A DNA stretch of 64,000 nt from NCBI RefSeq assembly GCF_006345805.1, contig NC_042998.1:116808001-116872000 (forward strand), given 5' to 3'. This document shows, in pieces, positions 13,319 through 25,925 of this stretch (the first letter of the stretch is position 1; each line of letters opens with the position of its first letter). Position numbers and translations under genes: made by a program. The stretch is from Octopus sinensis (Eukaryota). The notes below the pieces were generated by a model. That model ran no database searches and had not been told where the DNA came from. It was given only the letters and a program-made list of their open reading frames with translations.

Positions 13319-13715
13319 CACACACATACACACATACATATATATATATGTATGTGTGTATGTGTGTGCGTGTGTGTTTGTATGTACGTATGAATGAATG
13401 AATGAATGAATGAATGTACACATTGAAATGGTGTATGCTGTTTCCGGTGTGTCGTTTGCTTGTTCATGATTAGATTGTTCTCTCACTTCGTTCATTCGGC
13501 AGAGTTTGTTATTTTTCTTTAAATGTTTTTGTACTCAAGTTTTAATGCGATGCTCTGTGATTATGCTGGCCTTCTCAAGAACTTTGCCCCAGTATATATT
13601 TACTAGACACGTGTAGAGTAAATCATATGCTCTTCCTTTCCCCTTCTCTGAATGTCTTTTTCATCATATCTCTGTAACGCGAGTTCATATACAAGTCCCC
13701 TTTCAGAGCACAATA

Positions 13716-13752
<37 letters not shown>

Positions 13753-14229
13753 TCTATCTATGTATCTATTCATCTATCGTTCAGTTAATCTATCTTTTTG
13801 TTTGTCTTTTTGTCTGCCTATCTATCTTTCTATTTCTCTGTCTGTCTGTATATTTATTTATCTATCTATCTACTTGCTTATCCTTTGCATTTTTTGTCTC
13901 AGTTTCCTTCCCCCACTTTCTTATAGTGATCTACTCTTTTCTAAAATAGTGTCATTCCTTGTCAATTTATATAAAGTCATTTCCCCGTTGCTCTCAAAGT
14001 TGTTTGATGATTAAAATTATTGACAAATGACATCCTCACTCTAGAATAAACTGAAATATAATTGAAAATACAACAATAGAGGCAGTAGAATTTTAATTGT
14101 TTTTTTATAGTTATAAAGTTTGATTCATTTTCTATTGCTAGCGTTTTCATTACAAATAATTCATTATTTGGTCAGTTCATTTGTTTTATAAATTTCATCG
14201 TGATAAATTTTATTGTTGTCGACATCAAA

Positions 14230-14260
<31 letters not shown>

Positions 14261-14261
14261 C

Positions 14262-14315
<54 letters not shown>

Positions 14316-14370
14316 CATTATTATTATTATCATCATCATCATCATCATCATCATCACCATCATCATCATC
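14230..14370. repeat. (ATT)n-(ATC)n microsatellite
   Basis: Seen directly. Confidence 0.95.
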
Positions 14371-14545
14371 GTTGTGAACACCATTTCGTGTGTTGTTGTC
14401 TTGTTATTTTAAATATAAAACAGTCATCTTCGTTAAGATCAACACATTTATTGTCAGCTATTCATGTTGATGCTCTTATTCTTCTACTGGAGACGAATTC
14501 ATTGTTCTGACGTGATTTGTTCTGCTGTTCAGTGGAAAAAAATAG

Positions 14546-14598
14546 TACATATATATATATATTCATACATACATATATATATATATTCATACGTACAT

Positions 14599-14631
<33 letters not shown>

Positions 14632-14632
14632 T

Positions 14633-14714
<82 letters not shown>

Positions 14715-14737
14715 CGAATATATATATATGCATATAT
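14546..14737. repeat. (TACA)n/(CA)n/(TA)n microsatellite
   Basis: Seen directly. Confidence 0.95.
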
Positions 14738-15640
14738 ACTTTGTAAAGACTAAAAGTTTTCATTTCTACACTTTTTAAATTGATATTTAGATCTTTAAAT
14801 TTCACGTGATTTTAATTCTTGTATATTCTTTTTATATTCACACATAATCGGTTTAAAGCTTTAAACTACAAGTTAATAAAAGTGCTCTATTTTATTTCAT
14901 TTATTTTCGCGTAACGCTGTAACTCTACTTGACTGAAACTTTGATTAACTTACGTCGTAAACATTATTTCTTTTAAACTGACATCGCCTCGTCAATGTTT
15001 CTTCCCATTCCTCCTATTTACCCCTAAGTGTATATTTGCAGATGGTGGCTCATCTGCCATGTTCAAAGAAGCGCATTCAGTTGTTCGATCATCTTAAATC
15101 ATTATTCTGTAACTTAACAAGTAAACAAATTCGTATTCGGCATATTCATTTAACTGCAGGAGCACGACGCATTATATGATGTTTAATTCAAAACGTTGAG
15201 TTACAATTGAGTCCTACTAAATGCATTTCTCCACAGTTTTCTTCAAACTACTTTCACTCGATGGAGTTAGGTTTGATGCAGAGTTTTAAGAGATACTCGA
15301 TCAAGAGGCCAAGCAGTGACATCACAAAAGAGCTTATGAATGTTAGGTGAATTACTTAATCATTAGACATTGACGCAAGAAACTGGGAAACCACGACGTG
15401 GAACCGTGTTAAACTTATGATGCTAGGTCATGTTCGAAGCTACCAGGTCCTTCACAGTATCGCTCCATATTCTATCTCAGTAAATATAATGCACACAAGT
15501 GTTTCAATGTCAAGTACGCATGAAATAATTTCAATTTTAAGTGCATCGCATTACGAAGTATGCAAAAGAGTAGCATTTCACATGTTCTAGAAGTTTTTAA
15601 ATTTCTTATGACGAAAGCAACACCACTCTTGATGGTGAGG

Positions 15641-16808
15641 TAAACAAGATCTGGAATTTGGGGGCATGGAGCTAGAAAGATACATTAACACTGGTACTTA
15701 ATGCTATCGTATTTTATGAATCCCAAAATACTAGAATGTCGAGTTGAACTCCACGGTATTTGAACTTAGAATGTAAAGAACCAGAATAAATGCTGCTAAG
15801 CAAATAGTCCAAGGCGCTAAAGATTTTACAAAATCGTTGCCTTAACAACGACAACAGCAATATTTCATTATTTCTTCAATACACACAGGGAGTGAAGTGT
15901 TGGAAGATATGGTCTAGTCAATCACATCTACAACTGTATAAAACTTGTACTTCGTTTGTCGATCCTGGAAAGATGAAAGGTAAAGTCGCCCTCGACAGCA
16001 TTTAAGCTTAGAAAGGAAAGCTAGAAGAAATGCCCTTAAACAGTGTGTCCGACGAGCTAACGGTTCTATCAACTTGACAATTTAACAAGACTGACAACGA
16101 CGACGATGACAACACCAACAACAACAATAATAATAATAAATAATGAACTTGAATCTACGCAAAAGGCTAGCAAGCTCGAGGGAGGGGCTAAGTCGATTGC
16201 ATCGTTGGCGATGATGAACTCGTATCCGTTTGGTCGACCACAGGAGGGATTGAAGGCAAAGTCGACCCCGGTGGAATTTGAACTTTGACCCTAAAGCCGG
16301 ATGAAACTCTGCTAAGCATTTTCACCGACTTGAGAATAATAATTAAAAAATTTGACTCAAGGCCAGCAATTTCAGAATAGGGACTATGTCAGTTGCATCG
16401 TCCTCAGTTATTGACTAGTATATATTTAATTGACCTCAAAAGGAAAAAGGAAAAATCGAACTCAGCAGAATTTGAACTCAGAACAAGAAATCAGACGAAA
16501 TGCTGCAAAACATTTCGCCCGGTGTGCTAATGGTTCTACCAGATATATGGTCAAATAAGTTTCAAGAAGTCAGTGCATAAAGAGATAATTACGATAATCC
16601 TTTCTACTATAGGCACAAGTCATGAAATATTGGGGAAGGCGTTAAGTGGATTTCATCAACCACAGTACTGAAATGGTATTATTTTATTGACCCTAAATGT
16701 CTGAAAGATAGATCCGACGCCGGCGACATTTTAACTCAGAACGTAATGAAGACGAAATGAGCTAATCATTATTCTCGGCGTGCTAACGATTCTGCTAGTT
16801 TGCCGCTT
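15641..16808 (-). mobile_element. Array of five degenerate family A SINEs (about 15641-15843, 15880-16083, 16157-16333, 16352-16543, 16598-16808)
   Basis: Each unit has variants of ACAAGGCC..GTCGATT..CTGGTACT..AAAGTCGACC..GAATTTGAACTCAGAAC..GCTAAGCATT, as in 25545-25925. Confidence 0.85.
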
Positions 16809-16853
16809 TAATAATAATAATAATGATGATAATAATAATAATAATAATAATAA

Positions 16854-16912
<59 letters not shown>
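16809..16912. repeat. (AAT)n microsatellite
   Basis: Seen directly. Confidence 0.95.
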
Positions 16913-17182
16913 GGATGCATAGGATATAAATCATTATTAAACTAAAAATAATTTAAACCCAAAGAAAAAGACAATGTAATCAAATTACTGAACTGAGCAT
17001 TAGATTACTAACAGAAGTAAATGCCTCGCAAATAGAACGAATATAGATTTTCTTCACAATTTGCTGAAAGATTTGATAAAATTTAAAACAATTTGCTTTT
17101 AAAGCAATGTTATAATGAAATATATTAAATGATAAGGCGCTAAAGAATAAAATCATGACACGCATATTAAGTTAGAGATATG

Positions 17183-17228
17183 CATATAATTCGTTTGTTT
17201 GTCTCCTTCTATATATACATACATACAT

Positions 17229-17267
<39 letters not shown>

Positions 17268-17347
17268 CATTTATAAATTTGTTCATATATTTATATATTT
17301 CTCTCTCGCTCTCTCTCTCACTATATATATGTATTTTTAAGGATATA

Positions 17348-17415
<68 letters not shown>

Positions 17416-17499
17416 GTGTGTATATTTATTATATATATATATAATATGTGTGTGTGTGTATATTTATATATATATATATAAATATACACACACACATAA

Positions 17500-17533
<34 letters not shown>

Positions 17534-17549
17534 GCATATATCCTTATAA

Positions 17550-17596
<47 letters not shown>

Positions 17597-17663
17597 TAGA
17601 AATATATGAACAAATTTATAAATGTATGTATATACAGAAGGAGACAAACAAACGAATTATATG
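17183..17663. repeat. Fold-back inverted duplication, about 480 bp
   Basis: Non-microsatellite anchors CATATAATTCGTTTGTTTGTCTCCTTCT, CATTTATAAATTTGTTCATATATTT and AAGGATATATGCAT recur as reverse complements in 17530-17663. Confidence 0.85.
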
Positions 17664-17666
17664 TCT

Positions 17667-17667
17667 G

Positions 17668-17715
<48 letters not shown>

Positions 17716-17753
17716 TACGTACATATATATATATACATATATGCGTACATATA

Positions 17754-17784
<31 letters not shown>

Positions 17785-17797
17785 CATATATACGTAC

Positions 17798-17838
<41 letters not shown>

Positions 17839-17897
17839 TATATTTATATACATATACATATATATATACATATACATATATATATATATATATATAT
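17667..17897. repeat. (TA)n-rich microsatellite
   Basis: Seen directly. Confidence 0.95.
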
Positions 17898-18274
17898 CCT
17901 CCAAAAGATTTTGTGATTCTAATATATGCAGAAAATAAAATAAGAAGTGCGATGCATTCAACAGTGGAAAGCAATAAAGAAGCCTTAAGAGAAAGGTTGT
18001 ATTTCTGGTAATATAACTGGTGAAGTAGAGAAACGCATGCTGCAAACAACTGAAGGAAATGAAAACTGAGAAATCCTAGTTTTCAATACGCTTTTATAAT
18101 CTCTAAACGTACAGAAAGGTACAAGGTCATGTAGGAGTGGAAGTTAGGTTATTTCCAGGGAAGCACCCGACCCGAACACGGGCTATATATACATAGTGAG
18201 AAAGAAGAAATGAGAGAAAAGGATGCATACATACACACAGACATACTTTTATGTATTTTACATACTATATATTC

Positions 18275-18625
18275 ATTTTTTTCTTTTATTCGTTTCACTC
18301 AATAAACTGCGTGTATGCTGGGGCACCGTCTCGTAGAATTTTAGCCTCACGAACTGACGCCTGTACTAATGTTTTTAAGATTTGTGGTTTTTCTAAACTT
18401 TCTAGTTGAGAGTTATAGGTATGCAATCGGTGGGTAGGACGTGTGCACACGCAAACACTCACGGACAGACACACACATACACACACACAAGCACACACAT
18501 ATATACTTGGAGCTCCTTTCTACGAAATCCACTGACAATGTCGTGGCAATGATGGCTGCTCAAGGTAAGACCGGAACTATGTGGCTGGGTACGAAACGTC
18601 TTACCAAATAGCCATGCTTGCGCCT
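18275..18625 (-). mobile_element. SINE family B, degenerate near-full copy
   Basis: Reverse complement starts AGGCGCAAGCATGGCTATTTGGTAAG, has an internal (GT)n and ends CGGTGCCCCAGCATACACGCAG..GAAACGAATAAAAGA. Confidence 0.7.
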
Positions 18626-18814
18626 ACACATACATATTTTTATATAAATAAATATAGATACATGGCACAAATACACACACAAACACACACACTCGCACAT
18701 ATATACACGCACAAACAAACAAACAGACACACACATACCCTCATAAGGAACTGGATTGCACCTATGACTTGGATAAGCGAAGGAAAAGATAGAATGTTAT
18801 ATGTATAGAACACA

Positions 18815-19066
18815 CCAGTAAGGTTGTCAATTGCAAAGAGTTTCAAGCAATGAAATACCATCTCTTCATATCACTTCACCGCATGTCTAGAAAAGACCAT
18901 CAAGAACATTGAGTGGAAAGATAGCGTAAACGTCAATGATGAGTAACTAACACACCTGCGATGCACAGATGACATTTTACTCACCGCGTAAACGACAGAC
19001 AGTCTGCAGACCATAATGACAAAGCTGGATACTCAGGGGTTTGCGGTAGGTCTTCAAATTACCCGC
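18815..19066 (+). pseudogene. RTE-clade reverse transcriptase fragment
   Basis: KSFKQ*NTISSYHFTACLEKTIKNIEWKDSVNVNDE*LTHLRCTDDILLTA..LQTIMTKLD..VGLQI resembles RTE QGDTISPKLFTACLE..HLRFADD..VGLKIN. Confidence 0.8.
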
Positions 19067-19109
19067 ATATGTGTACGTAAATATATAAATGTAATATGAT
19101 GCATGCAAA

Positions 19110-19356
19110 AATGATGCAAAGGACCGACCAAATTGGAGTAGAAAATTTCCAAGAAGTCGATACCGTGTTTGATGATATTAAGCGGAAAGATACACTGACA
19201 AAACGTGAGGTCAGAAAGGGTTTGCTTCTGACCAATGATCCTTCTCTGCTAACTTGTGATATCTGCAACCGTATGTGTATCACCCAAACTGGACTGGATA
19301 GTCATAAGCGGAAGCACGTTTTTAGACGCTTGACAGAGTTTTCAGTTACAATCTGA
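19110..19356 (+). pseudogene. RTE/BovB-like LINE C-terminal zinc-finger fragment
   Basis: TCDICNRMCITQTGLDSHKRKH fits the CxxCxRxCxSxxGLxSHxRxH ending seen in RTE/BovB-like ORFs. Confidence 0.65.
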
Positions 19357-19998
19357 TGAATTTCCTTGATCTGTTTGGAATAAAATCTGCAGAAGTAAAT
19401 TTGTATTTTCAGGGCACATAGAATGTCAGAATAACAATTTCCAGCAGTCTTTAGAGCGATATCAAAACATTTTCATGTTTGTGTGAAAATTTTGTAAATC
19501 TCTTGCTAGACTAAAGAGTAATTTCCGATCACACAGCATGTAAACTATCTTTAGTCATCTTCAAGTAATTTCAAACTTGTTGGTTTTTAACTATACTTGT
19601 GCCTGTATATATGCACTCTGTCAATGCTCACGTTGAGAAGAATCATACTCGACAAACTAGTCGACAACCATTATATATATATATGCTTGTATGTATGTCT
19701 ATTTATCTATATATCTATCTATTCTATTTGTATGTTTGTCTGACTGTTTCTCTCTCTATTTCTCTCCCTCTCTCTATCTATCTATCGACTGACGTGATGT
19801 TGCATCGGCTCCGCAGGTAATCCCTTTTTTCGACCTATTATTGCATACGTGTTGATTCAATTTTTGCACACAAGGTGTGTAAAGCACACAGCTTTTATCT
19901 GAGAGTATTTTCAAGGGAATAATTGACACCGAGGTACAGTTTCAAACCTATTTACATGTCTATTTTATTCGATTTCTTTGCCATATGTCTAAACAAAT

Positions 19999-20812
19999 AT
20001 GGTTAAGCGAAACCATGATGCTGACTTCCCGCCTCTAGCAATGCTAGAGGCGAAAGAAGCTGAGAGCAGAACCATTCCGCGCGAACGCACACAGGCCTTA
20101 GAAGGCACGAATGCTTCTGGTACTATAATTACTGCATCCACCACTGCTACCATCACTACCACCATTACCACCACAACCAACACGAATACTGTAAACAATT
20201 TTCTCACAGCTTTAAATTTAAAGAAAAAATTCATGTGCTATTACAAGGAAGAACTGCTCGCCTGAAAAGCAATGTTTGAAAAAAACGACCTCAGCATACA
20301 ACTACAGACACCACAAAACATCACGAAAAAATCGGAAGAAGAAACCATTATTTACAGGACATTCAACCTAAAAACAAGGCCACACGAAAAGGCCACTCAA
20401 GAAAATGTTGAGAAATGTTTAAGTCCTATATGGGCCTTTAAAGACTACATCACGAAGGGAAACAGATTTGCTACGATCGAAGTTCGATTCGACACTGAAG
20501 AAAGAGCCATGGACTTCTCCACAAAGTCCTTCCGATTTGAAAATTTACTGATGATCCCTGGTCGTAGGCTCACAATAATTAAAATAATGTGCTGCCTGAA
20601 ATAGAAATAGAATGGCTCGTATCTGCCATTTGCTATGACATCGAGGACGAAATCTATATCTTGGAAATCGCTGTCGTGGACCTGCAAAAGTAGATTGACC
20701 AAGAAATCGAAATTCTTAAATTCTTGCTCAGATTAATTCGATGATTTTCGAAAAAAAATCCACATCGAATCCAAATGAGAGAGGATTCGAATTTATATGT
20801 GACAGTTGAAGG
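19999..20812 (+). pseudogene. LINE ORF1-like remnant (L1/Tx1-type, tentative)
   Basis: Broken frames: Thr-rich N-terminus, then DYITKGNRFATIEVRFDTEERAMDF..LLMIPGRRLTIIKI..IEWLVSAI..LYVTVEG, an RRM-like ORF1 pattern ending just before the usual zinc knuckle. Recognition is by resemblance only. Confidence 0.5.
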
Positions 20813-22430
20813 CTACGTTCGTGCAAACGAGCTCTTGCAAAACCGCTACCCCTTCTTTTCCAGAGCTTTCTTGCAAGTGGTAAGCTCCCAGTCAAATTGA
20901 AAGAGGGGGTAATATGCCCTATCCATAAGGGAGGTAGCAGAGCAGATGCTAAAAATTATAGGCTTATCTCTCTGACCTCACACATCTGCAAAGTCATGGA
21001 ACGAATAGTCCGTAAGAAACTAATCATGTTCTTTGAAGAAAATGATTTGCTGTCTGATACCCAGCATGGATTTCGACGAGGTAGAAGCTGCCTAACACAG
21101 CTCCTGTAACACTATGACTGGGTGTTAAAACAGCTACTAAATGGCTCAAATGTGGATGTAATATATCTCGACTTTGCAAAAGCCTTTGATAAAGTCGACC
21201 ATGGTATGATCTGTCACAGACTGCGTGGTCTCGGCATAGGCGGAATACTTGGAGAGTGGCTGCACAACTTCCTAAAAGACAGAAGACAGGCAGTTGTGAG
21301 CAATGGAGCCACCTCCAAGGAAACACAAATAACAAGCGGTGTCCCACAGGGCACTGTCTTGGGGCCACTGCTGTTCATAGTGGCCCTTTCAGACATGCCT
21401 TCAGTTGCTACGATAGCCACCCTTGCTAGCTATGCAGATGACACAAAAGTCTCCCACACAATACAAAACCCTGAAAATATTGCGCATCTGCAACAGGAGT
21501 TGGACACAATATACAGGTGGGCTGAGGACAACAACATGCAGTTTAATGAAGGTAAGTTCCAGGCCCTGCGCTACCGGCACACAAAGGTAAACGACGTGCA
21601 GACTGGATACACTGGCCCATGAAGAATTGCAATCCCTGAGTCAAAATCAGTGCGTGACCTGGGCATTCACATGAGCAATGATGCATTTTTCCAAGTTCAT
21701 ATTACTAATCTGGTGATAAAATGCAGACGGCTAGCTGGATGGATTCTCCGAACTTTCAGAACAAGAGAGAAGGAGACAATGATGGTCCTATGGAAAACAT
21801 TCGTCCTCAGTCGCTTGGACTACTGCTCCTAACAATGGTCACCACACAATATAAAACTAACAGCAGAACTCGAAGCAATTCAGAGAAGCTACACAAAGAA
21901 TATCGTATCAATGCAAAATATCAGCTACTGGGAAATACTGAAAGTATTAAACCTCTTCTCCCTAGAGCGGGGGCGGGAGAGATATGCGGTGATATACATC
22001 TGGAAAATCCTGGAGGGTCTTGTCCCAAACTTTGGCATTCAAAGTTACCCCAACCGCAGAACGGGGCGCCACTGCATGGTGCCAAAGATTCCAACATCAC
22101 CATCAAAATACAGGTCCAGATACTGCAACAGCTTGAGTTTCAAAGGACCACAGCTTTTTAACATCCTCCCTAAATGCCTGAGAGACTTACATGGTGTGGT
22201 TGTGGGTTTCTTTAAAACTAAACTGGATCTCTTCTTGCCGGGAGTCCCAGATGAACCTACCTCACGACAGGAGACGCAGATGCGGGCAGCAGCATCGAAC
22301 TCCCTTGTTGATCAAGTGCCACGTATCAAAGGTGGATTCACATATTAGTGTAGCTCATTCAGCGGTGGTGCCCCAGCATGGCCGCGGCCTTCGGGCTAAA
22401 ACATTTTTAAGGATTTAAGGATTTAAGGAT
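20813..22430 (+). mobile_element. CR1-group LINE, 5'-truncated; ORF2 RT region 20813-22348 with 3 in-frame stops
   Basis: Four track ORFs share one frame: PIHKGG..NYRLISLTSHICKVMER, QHGFR, IYLDFAKAFDKVDH, GVPQGTVLGPLLF, YADD, RDLG, LDYCS. Ends in an 8-bp tandem tail (TTTAAGGA)x3 at 22406-22429. Confidence 0.92.
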
Positions 22431-23429
22431 ATATATATATATATATATATACACTTGCCTCTTGATAAGATCGATATTTAAATTAACCATCTTATCCTTA
22501 TATATATATATATATATATTATTATTTTATTCCAGGAGCCTGAAGGAGGTTGTCACAGTTAGGGGCATGCGAAACTTGAAACAGAATGAATCTGCTTTGA
22601 ATAGTATATTTTATTGAAAACAAAAGTGGTAGTTAATAGTAAGGTAGAATAGCAGATAAAATCTGTTAATGTTACACTAATTCTGTTGTTGGTATCTCTA
22701 ATATAAGTTTCGTTAGAACAGGATATGATCAAAGTCATACCAGCCATCTTCATCTCATCGTATATATTTTTTCAGAATACTCTACGTAAATCTGCACAAG
22801 AAATTGTTACCATTTTTTTTTCTTCAAGGGGATAAGGTGTTATTTCATAGTAAACTAATTCTTGAATGTTGCTGCGCTAGAAAACGGAGCATTTAATCGG
22901 GAAGAGGTTATATTTATGTTTTAATGGTTTAGCTGCAGATCAAAACCTGTGGTTAAATTACTACAGTTGTGGATATTTCGCTTATTTTTTATCATATATT
23001 GATGTGATGTGAGGAATATTTTCTGGTGTTCTTGGAGGACGAATTTCTAAGTAGATAACATTTTGTTGGCTCCGTATTTCTAGTGTTGGCTGTGATATTG
23101 ATATTTAAAAAGTTATCGCTGTTCATAGAGTACATGCTGCATGATCAAAGGCATTATAGCATGAACATTCTGTGTTTTCAGAGATTGGTAGGGTACATTA
23201 TAGAATGTTTCCTTCTATTATGCAAAATCTGGTAGATTATTGTTTGTAAAGTTAATGTTAGTACGTTGTAATTTCATGGCGTTTAGTATTGTCAAATCCT
23301 ATGACACACTGGTGTCGACGGTATACTTTTTGTACACCTGTAACGATTTATTGATGTTGATATTGTGTTCTAGTTTAATCCTGTGTTACATGTGGCAAAG
23401 AATAATCTCGAGCCTACTCTAAGCTACTA

Positions 23430-23770
23430 GAATGCGTGTGGCAACTTGAAGATCCGCCCACCACACGCGATAGACTAGCGGTTTCACGGGCACGAAAGCT
23501 ACGGTGCTATCCTCATTCCGTAAACGGTGGCTTTTAATGGATGGAGAGCTGAACAATCCTGGGGTACAGGGAATTCGCAATCTAGAGTAGGGTCTGAAAG
23601 TTTACCACACCATAGTGGGTTACACCATTGTTCCTCTGCTTTGTGGCAGAAGTACCCCTCCCCGCCGGAACCTCGTGGAGCTCAATAAACACTTACAATG
23701 CCCGGTCTGGGAATCAAAACCGCGTTCTTACAACCGCGAATCCGCTGCCCTAACCACTGAGCCATTGTAC
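23430..23770 (-). mobile_element. tRNA-derived SINE family C
   Basis: Minus-strand head TGGCTCAGTGGTTAGGGCAGCGG (A box) ... GGTTTTGATTCCCAGACCGGGC (B-box-like) at 23701-23768, followed by a GC-richer body. 3' boundary approximate. Confidence 0.7.
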
Positions 23771-24483
23771 TTCTACTGAAGCTGATGTTGTCTTTATTAC
23801 CTTCGCCGAAATAAAACGTCTTATAACTGTTGCTACGTTTCTTTTTCTTTTTTCTCTCTGTGGTATGTATCTGTATTCTCATGGTTAAAATTTTGACAGC
23901 GATGATGACAATATGGTTTGTTTCTAATAGGTTTGACATCCTAGATTGTGCAAATCTTTTTATCTTGATGCTTTAGTAATTATTGCTTATGATGTTATTC
24001 CTTTCGAAATTACTCCTAGCTTAATTATTTAGACTTTTTTCCGTACACTAGTTTTAGTGATAATAGTGTTGTTGGTGTCGATGGCGTTGCTAGTGCTGCT
24101 GTTGGTTTTACTATTGATGTTTAAATTTTCCATTATTAGCATAATTGATCATTATTTGTAGGACGTGGTATCTATGCTCAGTTATTTCTCTTCATATTTT
24201 TAACCTCTTTTTTTTTCTTTCTAGGAAATGCTTTATCAATAAAATATGCTAATAGTCCTTAAGTTTTTGAATGGAGGTAATCCAAGAAAAAATACAAAAC
24301 AGCTGATCAATAGCATAACTTCCCGTTAGATTTTTTCCTATTCACAAAAAAAGAATCTAAATTTGTAGTCAAATTTCTGTCGAAACTATCTCGTTGCCCC
24401 CACCACCTCTGTTTCGCTATCTCTCATACTTTCTCTCATTCACTATTTTAAGACATGGCCCGCTCCTTCACACGCTCAAGCGT

Positions 24484-24640
24484 TCACTAGCTCACTCTCT
24501 CACTACTCAATCACTTACTCATTGAATCACTCACTCAAACTCTTACTCACTCACTCTGTCAATCACGCACTAACTCACTCACTTTGTCTATTTATCTCTT
24601 TCCCATTTCTCCCTTTCAATCACTTTCTCTCACTCACTAT
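24484..24640. repeat. Degenerate (CACT)n repeat
   Basis: Seen directly. Confidence 0.8.
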
Positions 24641-25184
24641 TTAAAGCAAGATTTATAACAGCCAGTTCTCTCGTGGTTTCTTCATTCCAAGGAAGTGAAA
24701 ATAATTAATGAAATAGAATAAAAAGAAACTACCAAAGAATATGAAATCAAAAAATTAATAAAAACAAACTTAAAGCTCTTGTAAATAAAATTACTATAAC
24801 TGAACTGATGCATTACTTTCCAATGTTGCGTATTATATTATTACAAAGATTTTCTTCTCTTTCGACAAAAGGCATTTTGGAACGTAAAACATGCATGCAT
24901 AAAAGAATACATAGAGACGAAGATTATTCCAAGCGAACGCATACAGAAATCCATCTACGTATAACCTTATTCGCCCCTGCCTCTCTCTCTCTCTATCTCT
25001 TTCTCTGTCTTTATCAATCGTTTACCTCCTCCCTCAGATAAACACACACAAACACACACATACACACATGCGCGCACACACACACACACTTAAAAATGCA
25101 TGTACTCTTGCACCACTGCTCACTTTTTTGAGTGTATATATAAGAGTGAACACATTTGCGTGTACATGAATATTTTTGTTTCTG

Positions 25185-25235
<51 letters not shown>

Positions 25236-25544
25236 CATACATACACGCATATGCATATACATGCGTGTATTATACATATGTATGTATTTATGTCCAGATA
25301 GATGAATGCATAAAGGAGATACTAAATTTTAAATTGCTCTTAGAAAATATCACTGGTGCCCGCCAAATTGATTAAGGCATATTAAAATATTTGTGTTTCT
25401 GGAAACAACAGCGTATGAATGAATACTTTGTGCTCTATCGGTTTCAAGTAATTTCTATAGAGTTATGTATTGAAATGTAGTAGCTTACCTAACATGACAG
25501 GATGAGGGGGTTCACATCTTCCTTAAATACACATTACAATATTC

Positions 25545-25925
25545 TCTTCTACTCTAGGCACAAGGCCCGAAATTTTGTGGGAGGAGCCAGTCGATTAGAT
25601 CGACCGCAGTACGTAACTGGTACTTAATCTACCGACGCTAAAAGGATGACAGGTAAAGTCGACCTCGGCAGAATTTGAACTCAGAACGTAAAAACAGACG
25701 AAATATCTATTTCTTTACTACTCACAAGGGGCTAAACACTGAGAGGACAAACAGATTAAGTCGATTATATCGACTCCAGTGCGTAACTGGTACTTATTTA
25801 ATCGACCCCGAAAGAATGAAAGGCAAAGTCGACTTCGGTGGAATTTGAACTCAGAACGTAACGGCAGATGAAATACGGTTACGCATTTCACCCGGCGTGC
25901 TAAAGTTTCTGCCAGCTCGCCGCCT
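25545..25925 (-). mobile_element. tRNA-derived SINE family A, well preserved, internally duplicated
   Basis: Minus strand: GGCGGCGAGCTGGCAGAAAC..GAGTTCAAATTCC (B box)..GCCTTTCATTCTTTCGGGGTCGATTAAATAAGTACCAG (resembles the Deu/Nin SINE core). The B-box plus core segment occurs twice. Confidence 0.85.

Noticed and set aside
15641-16808. CRISPR-like or satellite array
   Set aside because: Units are about 200 bp, diverged, and match dispersed SINE copies; eukaryotic context, no cas genes.
19249-19320. Host C2H2 zinc-finger gene exon
   Set aside because: Single finger matching the RTE/BovB ORF ending, next to an RTE RT fragment.
23701-23768. tRNA gene
   Set aside because: A and B boxes are present but I could not build a full cloverleaf; it continues into a SINE-like body.
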